A stretch of DNA of 63,794 nucleotides, the filler included, from Candidatus Coatesbacteria bacterium (GTDB lineage Bacteria > JAFGND01): the NCBI GenBank assembly GCA_016927185.1. It is 5 parts of 5 records of this genome, joined end to end, with 100 filler letters (N's around TTAATTAATTAA, not from the genome) between each part and the next. Parts side by side here need not be neighbours in the genome. Positions count along the whole stretch, not along the records: positions 44,271 to 60,672 come from JAFGND010000004.1; positions 60,773 to 63,794 come from JAFGND010000053.1; 3 more parts are not named here. The stretch is one strand, 5' to 3'. Shown here one piece after another: positions 59,461 through 63,794 of this stretch. The translations under genes and the position numbers were made by a program. Each line of letters opens with the position of its first letter. Within the stretch, counting starts at the first letter, position 1. Below the pieces are notes generated by a model that searched no databases, had not been told where the DNA came from, and saw nothing but the letters and a program-made list of their open reading frames with translations.

Positions 59461-60366
59461 TCATTTTCTCTGTTTTTTACTTAATAAGAACTTGCTTTTC
59501 ACCAGTTCATAGAGAAGCTTGTTGGCAGGAAGTCTGATGCCATGTTTTTCTCCAAGTTTCAGAATAGCTCCATTCATAAAATCCAGTTCAGAATCTTTAC
59601 CCTTAAGATAATCCTGCAACATAGAGGTTTTGTTATCACTGCTTACGTATTTGTTCAAATCCCCAACACTTGTTGCTATTTCGTATCCTTCAAGTCTGGC
59701 AACCAGTTTGATTTCTTCCATAAGATTTTCTTTCAACAAATTCAGTTCTTCAGCTGCAATGGTCTTGTTATCAGCCTCAAAAAGAACACTCAGAGGATTC
59801 AATGTGCAGTTTATAACGAGCTTGCGCCAGATTTCATAATCAATATCCTTTACCAGACTAACCTTGAGAGATGCTTTGATTCCAGTTTCCTTTAGCCAGA
59901 GACTTAGCTTGTTTTCTTCCAGTCTCAGTCCTCCACCATAATAACCAAGAACATTATCTTTAAGTATAGTTGCCCCTATAGATGCTATTGCTGTAAAGTA
60001 ATTTCCCTCAAGATGTTTTGCAAGAATATCCTTTATTCCGTAACCATTTTGTATTGCAAGAACATAACTTGATGGAAATAACTTGTCTTTGATATTTATT
60101 ACAATATCCTCCAGATCATAAGCTTTTGATGCAATAACAATAAGGGTTTCGTCAAGGTTTTCCTGCAAACCTGCGTATGTCTTTATATTTATGAAACCTT
60201 CTTTTATGCCCGTATACTTCCAACCCCTGTTAAGGATATCTGCATATTTGTCACTCCTGACAACCAGATGTGTCTCTATTGCAGATGATACAAGCAAACC
60301 TATTGCCCTTCCGATTGCCCCTGCACCAATGATGACTATCTTCACTGGTTCATGAAATAACTCCAT
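59461..60366 (-). CDS. panE: 2-dehydropantoate 2-reductase
   Basis: GAGAIG, KAYD, QNG, WRKLVINCTLN, TSMLQD, SELDFMNG; start at 60366 overlaps the upstream stop (TGATG). Confidence 0.9.
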   Translation of the reverse strand: MELFHEPVKIVIIGAGAIGRAIGLLVSSAIETHLVVRSDKYADILNRGWKYTGIKEGFINIKTYAGLQENLDETLIVIASKAYDLEDIVINIKDKLFPSSYVLAIQNGYGIKDILAKHLEGNYFTAIASIGATILKDNVLGYYGGGLRLEENKLSLWLKETGIKASLKVSLVKDIDYEIWRKLVINCTLNPLSVLFEADNKTIAAEELNLLKENLMEEIKLVARLEGYEIATSVGDLNKYVSSDNKTSMLQDYLKGKDSELDFMNGAILKLGEKHGIRLPANKLLYELVKSKFLLSKKQRK

Positions 60367-60530
60367 CACTTGAAACATCCTAGCTGGCAGTTAACTACCT
60401 TAATTTTGTTCTGATTGCAGTAATCCCCTACTTCACTTGGTTTGATCTTGAGTTCATAGGCTATTGCAAGGGCATCCTTACAGTTGATTTTGTTATCCTT
60501 GACTTTAGCAAGAATTTTTTCTGCTAGCAT
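60366..60530 (-). CDS. Small 4-Cys protein ending CQLGCF (54 aa, not in ORF track)
   Basis: MLAEKILAKVKDNKINCKDALAIAYELKIKPSEVGDYCNQNKIKVVNCQLGCFK; AAAAGGAGG RBS; coupled to panE. Confidence 0.85.
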   Translation of the reverse strand: MLAEKILAKVKDNKINCKDALAIAYELKIKPSEVGDYCNQNKIKVVNCQLGCFK

Positions 60531-60672
60531 TCCAGCCTCCTTTTAATTTCAGATACTTCAAGCTATTTGCTATCTTGATGTCAAGTTTTTTGTAAATCAA
60601 TATAATGAAGGATGCTTACCGTTCAGGAATATTTGATTAACCATATCAAGATTTTCAAGATATATTGATATA

Positions 60673-60772
60673 NNNNNNNNNNNNNNNNNNNNNNNNNNNN
60701 NNNNNNNNNNNNNNNNTTAATTAATTAANNNNNNNNNNNNNNNNNNNNNNNNNNNNNNNNNNNNNNNNNNNN
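60673..60772. other. Artificial contig linker
   Basis: N44-TTAATTAATTAA-N44. Confidence 0.98.
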
Positions 60773-61192
60773 AGACTTTCAGTAATTCCCTTACTATCTT
60801 GAAAGCCATTTTTGTTTCATAGCTGGGATTTGAAAACAAGGTTTTAATAATGTCCCGCCGGGTATAATAAAAAGTGCAGCATAATATACATTCTCAGTCC
60901 AATACAACAATCTTGTAGGCAAACCATGATGCTGCATAAGAAATAACCATTGATTCTACCTTCCCGTTTCTGGAGTATCTTGAATAAATCCAGGTGCTTT
61001 TAATCTGAAGTAAATAGACATTGGAGCTTCATCATATCCTCCATTTCTAAAAACTGAAGGAAACAAACTAAGTTTCTCTGAATTACTAACACTTCTAAAT
61101 CAGATGATATCAGAAGACCATTATTTTGATAAATAATCTATATGTTTTATCAAATCAAAAAGACTTTCTATTGGAATCCCTTTTAATTCCAT
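60773..61192 (-). pseudogene. FRG-domain pseudogene
   Basis: One frame from ATG 61192 reads ...II*FRS...LFPSVFR...R*NQWLFLMQHHGLPTRLLYWTEN...; in-frame stops at 61121-61123, 61100-61102 and 60956-60958. Confidence 0.85.
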
Positions 61193-61268
61193 AAATCCCT
61201 ACTCCTATTCACATTCTTCATCCAATCATCATAGGATATGTTCCCACAGGATGGATTTCATGCTTGCT

Positions 61269-62027
61269 TTATTTATAAATCTTGAGATCATCAATTATTC
61301 CATTTGTAGAATAACCATCTTGCCCATCTAATTTATCTCCAACAACTAGCTTCTTTCCTGATTTAGATGGTTTTACAACCGTAATATCAAGACCAATTTC
61401 TCCATCAACCTTGACAACAACATGATCATTATCTAAATTAAATTCTATAAAAGACCATTGGTTTTCCATTACTCCTTTTTCAGAACCGTAATAGAATACT
61501 TCTCCATTTGCAGTTACAACTGAAATCTTGCTTCCATATAACCTTAAAATATAACCACAATTGGCATAAGGAGAATCATTGGTATATGTATCAATTAAAT
61601 AATGATATTGAGGCAAACTAGTATCATACACATAAAGCCAGAATGTGAATCTAACTGGTTTTCCATCGTTAAATTCGTCGGGATCTCCTATTTCAATTCT
61701 GTTCCCTTGTTTCTTAAATTCTAAAGCATAATTAAAATGTCCTTCTGTCCAAGTAGGCATTGAAATTGAACATTCAAACTCCCCACCTGTTCCTTTTCCC
61801 ATAGTCATATTTCCTGTTCCTTCATCAAAAGGGAAATGAGCATAACAATCAGAATCATATCCAGTTCCTGTACTGGTTCCCGTTCCTGTTCCAGTTCCTG
61901 TACCTGTTGAAGTGCCAGTTCCAGTTCCTGTATTATTTCCGTCATCAGTGGAATCATCTCCACATGAAGAAACTATTAAAACAAAAATAAAGAACAGACT
62001 GCTTAAAACTAGTCCTGTTTTTTTCAT
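61269..62027 (-). CDS. Lipoprotein with Gly-Thr repeat linker and LamG/concanavalin-like domain
   Basis: Lipobox VSSC; CGDDSTDDGNNTGTGTG...; AHFPFDEGTG, W.EG....ALEF, TFWLY, GIIDDLKIY; GAGGAGG RBS. Confidence 0.82.
   Translation of the reverse strand: MKKTGLVLSSLFFIFVLIVSSCGDDSTDDGNNTGTGTGTSTGTGTGTGTGTSTGTGYDSDCYAHFPFDEGTGNMTMGKGTGGEFECSISMPTWTEGHFNYALEFKKQGNRIEIGDPDEFNDGKPVRFTFWLYVYDTSLPQYHYLIDTYTNDSPYANCGYILRLYGSKISVVTANGEVFYYGSEKGVMENQWSFIEFNLDNDHVVVKVDGEIGLDITVVKPSKSGKKLVVGDKLDGQDGYSTNGIIDDLKIYK
61861..61932 (-). repeat. Coding Gly-Thr low-complexity repeat
   Basis: Degenerate 6-nt repeats encoding TGTGTGTSTGTGTGTGTGTSTGTG. Confidence 0.85.
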
Positions 62028-62092
62028 ATTAAACCTCCTCCTTAATCCTCATCGTGCAATTCGAATAGAATATATTCACTGGATGGATTTAC

Positions 62093-63385
62093 TTACATTT
62101 TTATTATTTTCTTTGTTTTTTTGTTACTTTTAATTATATAAACTCCCTCTCTCCACTTGCTTGTATCAACAGAATGTTTTCCTTTATCCAGTTTCATAAT
62201 CAGCTGACCGGTAAGGGAATAGATTGCTCCTGATGATGGCAGGGAGAGTGATAATCTGGATGAAAAGGGGTTGGGGGAAACTGAGAAAGATTTGGCTGGG
62301 AGATGTGAAGCTGATTTGTTATTCTTGAAGCCTGAATCAAATGCTTCAACAGCATATAGATATTGCTGACCACTTGCGCAATAAATGTTCTGCAAACCAT
62401 ATGTCAATCCTTGCAGACTTCCTGCATCAGCGTTATATTTCCAGAAAACATCAGAATTGCTTGCATTTAAAGAAGTGATATAGCCATTTAATGAACTGAA
62501 AAATACGTATCCTTCTGAAATGCATGGAGTTGAGCACACTCCCCCAGCATCATATTTCCATACAAGTTTGCCTGTCAATGCATCACAACAATAAACATTA
62601 TTATCGGAACTGCTTACATATACAAGTTCCTTTGTATCCCAAACAACTGGAGATCCTACTTTCCCATTTGTCTTATATTTCCATACAACCGTTCCATTCT
62701 GGGCATTAAATGAATAGAGATTTTTATCAGTAAGTGGTGATCCATAAAAGACAAGATTATTATAACAGGAGGGAATACTTATGTTTGCGTTATCTATCCT
62801 GTAACTCCACTTTTCGATACCATTTGTTGCTGACAAGCAAAACAAATTTGTCCAGCTTGCTGTACTCTTTTCAACTCCAGAGAAAAACAATAGAGTATCT
62901 CCCAGACATGGAGTATAGTTAGCATAATAGGTATTTGATTCCCATAAAAGACTTCCATTGTCAGAATTCAGGCTATAAAAGTATGTATCAGGGCTTCCCA
63001 TGTATAGAATTCCATTGAAAACCTCTGGAAATGAATATCCTCCCCTTGTATTGAATGTCCACAATAACTCACCATTTGTTGCATTCAATACAATAAGATA
63101 AGCAGCGTTTTTACCAGTGTAGATTTTTCCATTAAAGTAAACTGGATAATTGTAATATGTGCAATTACCTGCAAAGTACTCCCATTTTCTCATTCCATTC
63201 AATGCATTGAAAGCATATATATATTTATCATTAGCATGTACGAAAACCATTTTATGATCCGTATCAATGCAAGGTTTTCCCTGAGTTGCTCCTCCTATAT
63301 CAGTCTTCCATATTAAATCTCCTGGTGCTGAAAAAAGAAGAAATGAAAAAGAGAATAGAATTATTGCTGATACAAGATTTCTCAT
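62093..63385 (-). CDS. Secreted PQQ-like beta-propeller protein with T9SS type A-like C-terminal domain
   Basis: Signal peptide; about 8 repeats ..YA.NA.NG...W.Y; tail SPNPF...IYSLTGQ...GVYIIK...KKIIKM. Confidence 0.85.
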   Translation of the reverse strand: MRNLVSAIILFSFSFLLFSAPGDLIWKTDIGGATQGKPCIDTDHKMVFVHANDKYIYAFNALNGMRKWEYFAGNCTYYNYPVYFNGKIYTGKNAAYLIVLNATNGELLWTFNTRGGYSFPEVFNGILYMGSPDTYFYSLNSDNGSLLWESNTYYANYTPCLGDTLLFFSGVEKSTASWTNLFCLSATNGIEKWSYRIDNANISIPSCYNNLVFYGSPLTDKNLYSFNAQNGTVVWKYKTNGKVGSPVVWDTKELVYVSSSDNNVYCCDALTGKLVWKYDAGGVCSTPCISEGYVFFSSLNGYITSLNASNSDVFWKYNADAGSLQGLTYGLQNIYCASGQQYLYAVEAFDSGFKNNKSASHLPAKSFSVSPNPFSSRLSLSLPSSGAIYSLTGQLIMKLDKGKHSVDTSKWREGVYIIKSNKKTKKIIKM

Positions 63386-63468
63386 AATAATCTCCTTAGT
63401 ATAATCATGGTCTTCCTTTTCATATATATTTCACTTAAAATTTGACAAGATTTAATGTCAAGGATAAT

Positions 63469-63500
63469 AATCTAGCCCCTAGACATCATGGACTGAATTT
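63469..63500 (-). repeat. 32-nt dispersed repeat, copy 2
   Basis: Reverse complement AAATTCAGTCCATGATGTCTAGGGGCTAGATT matches 44371-44402. Confidence 0.8.
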
Positions 63501-63645
63501 TAAATATTCTTCTTTCTCTTCCCAAATAAGGTATTTTTGTAAGTGTTCAATGGATAAGTATTTATCTGGCTGCTGCTGAAAAATTCATGAAATACATTTC
63601 CTCCTTCTCCTTGGGGGGAAAGGAAAGAGAATGACTGCTAGGAAT

Positions 63646-63688
63646 AAACCTCACTCCTTGTCCCCTCTCCTGCAAGGAGAGGATGGAC
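63646..63688. repeat. REP-like palindromic element, copy 2
   Basis: AAACCTCAC...TCCCCTCTCCT-gca-AGGAGAGG, same core as 44308-44353. Confidence 0.7.
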
Positions 63689-63794
63689 TTCTATATATAA
63701 TTTTTTCCCTGAAATAATTATATGGAAAACCATTCCTGATGATTTACTAGCAAGCATTTCTTTTTAATTATGAATCATAAAATTATATAAAACA

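Noticed and set aside
60773..61192. Alternative genetic code or selenocysteine readthrough in the FRG frame
   Set aside because: All three stop types interrupt the frame, motif residues are also mutated, and TGA/TAG/TAA end normal genes elsewhere in the window
61861..61932. Short tandem repeats as CRISPR or VNTR (also 2566-2602)
   Set aside because: Degenerate 6-nt codon repeats encoding Gly-Thr linkers; no spacers or cas genes

Overview
AT-rich bacterial DNA, most likely a draft or metagenome-assembled genome. It consists of five contigs (1-15888, 15989-23227, 23328-44170, 44271-60672, 60773-63794) joined by artificial 100-nt N44-TTAATTAATTAA-N44 linkers, so gene neighbourhood holds only within each block. 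The content suggests an anaerobic diderm, probably an FCB-related candidate lineage (inferred from BamA-family, LPS-type GT2/GT9, T9SS-like C-terminal tails, MvhD, Hcp/FprA/Dfx/Rbr). Recognisable parts are metG, corA, tldD/pmbA, a 13-gene oxidative/nitrosative stress island, a MacAB-type ABC exporter, five GT-C-type membrane glycosyltransferases, queD, panE and a GGDEF/receiver signalling operon. Best leads: (1) an HscC-like Hsp70 operon with no J-protein, flanked by two tandem-domain lipoproteins and a Zn-ribbon/TPR/TM/TPR protein; (2) a BamA/TamA-family gene whose lipoprotein signal peptide is out of frame at a T10 tract; (3) a compact T9SS-like tail on three unrelated ORFs; (4) an AftB-like triplet with one motif-degenerate copy; (5) queD coupled to a Cys1-less AsnB-like enzyme. 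Features missed by the ORF track include a rubredoxin, a 54-aa CQLGCF protein, an FRG pseudogene and shared intergenic repeats. No rRNA, tRNA, CRISPR array, transposase or integrase was seen.
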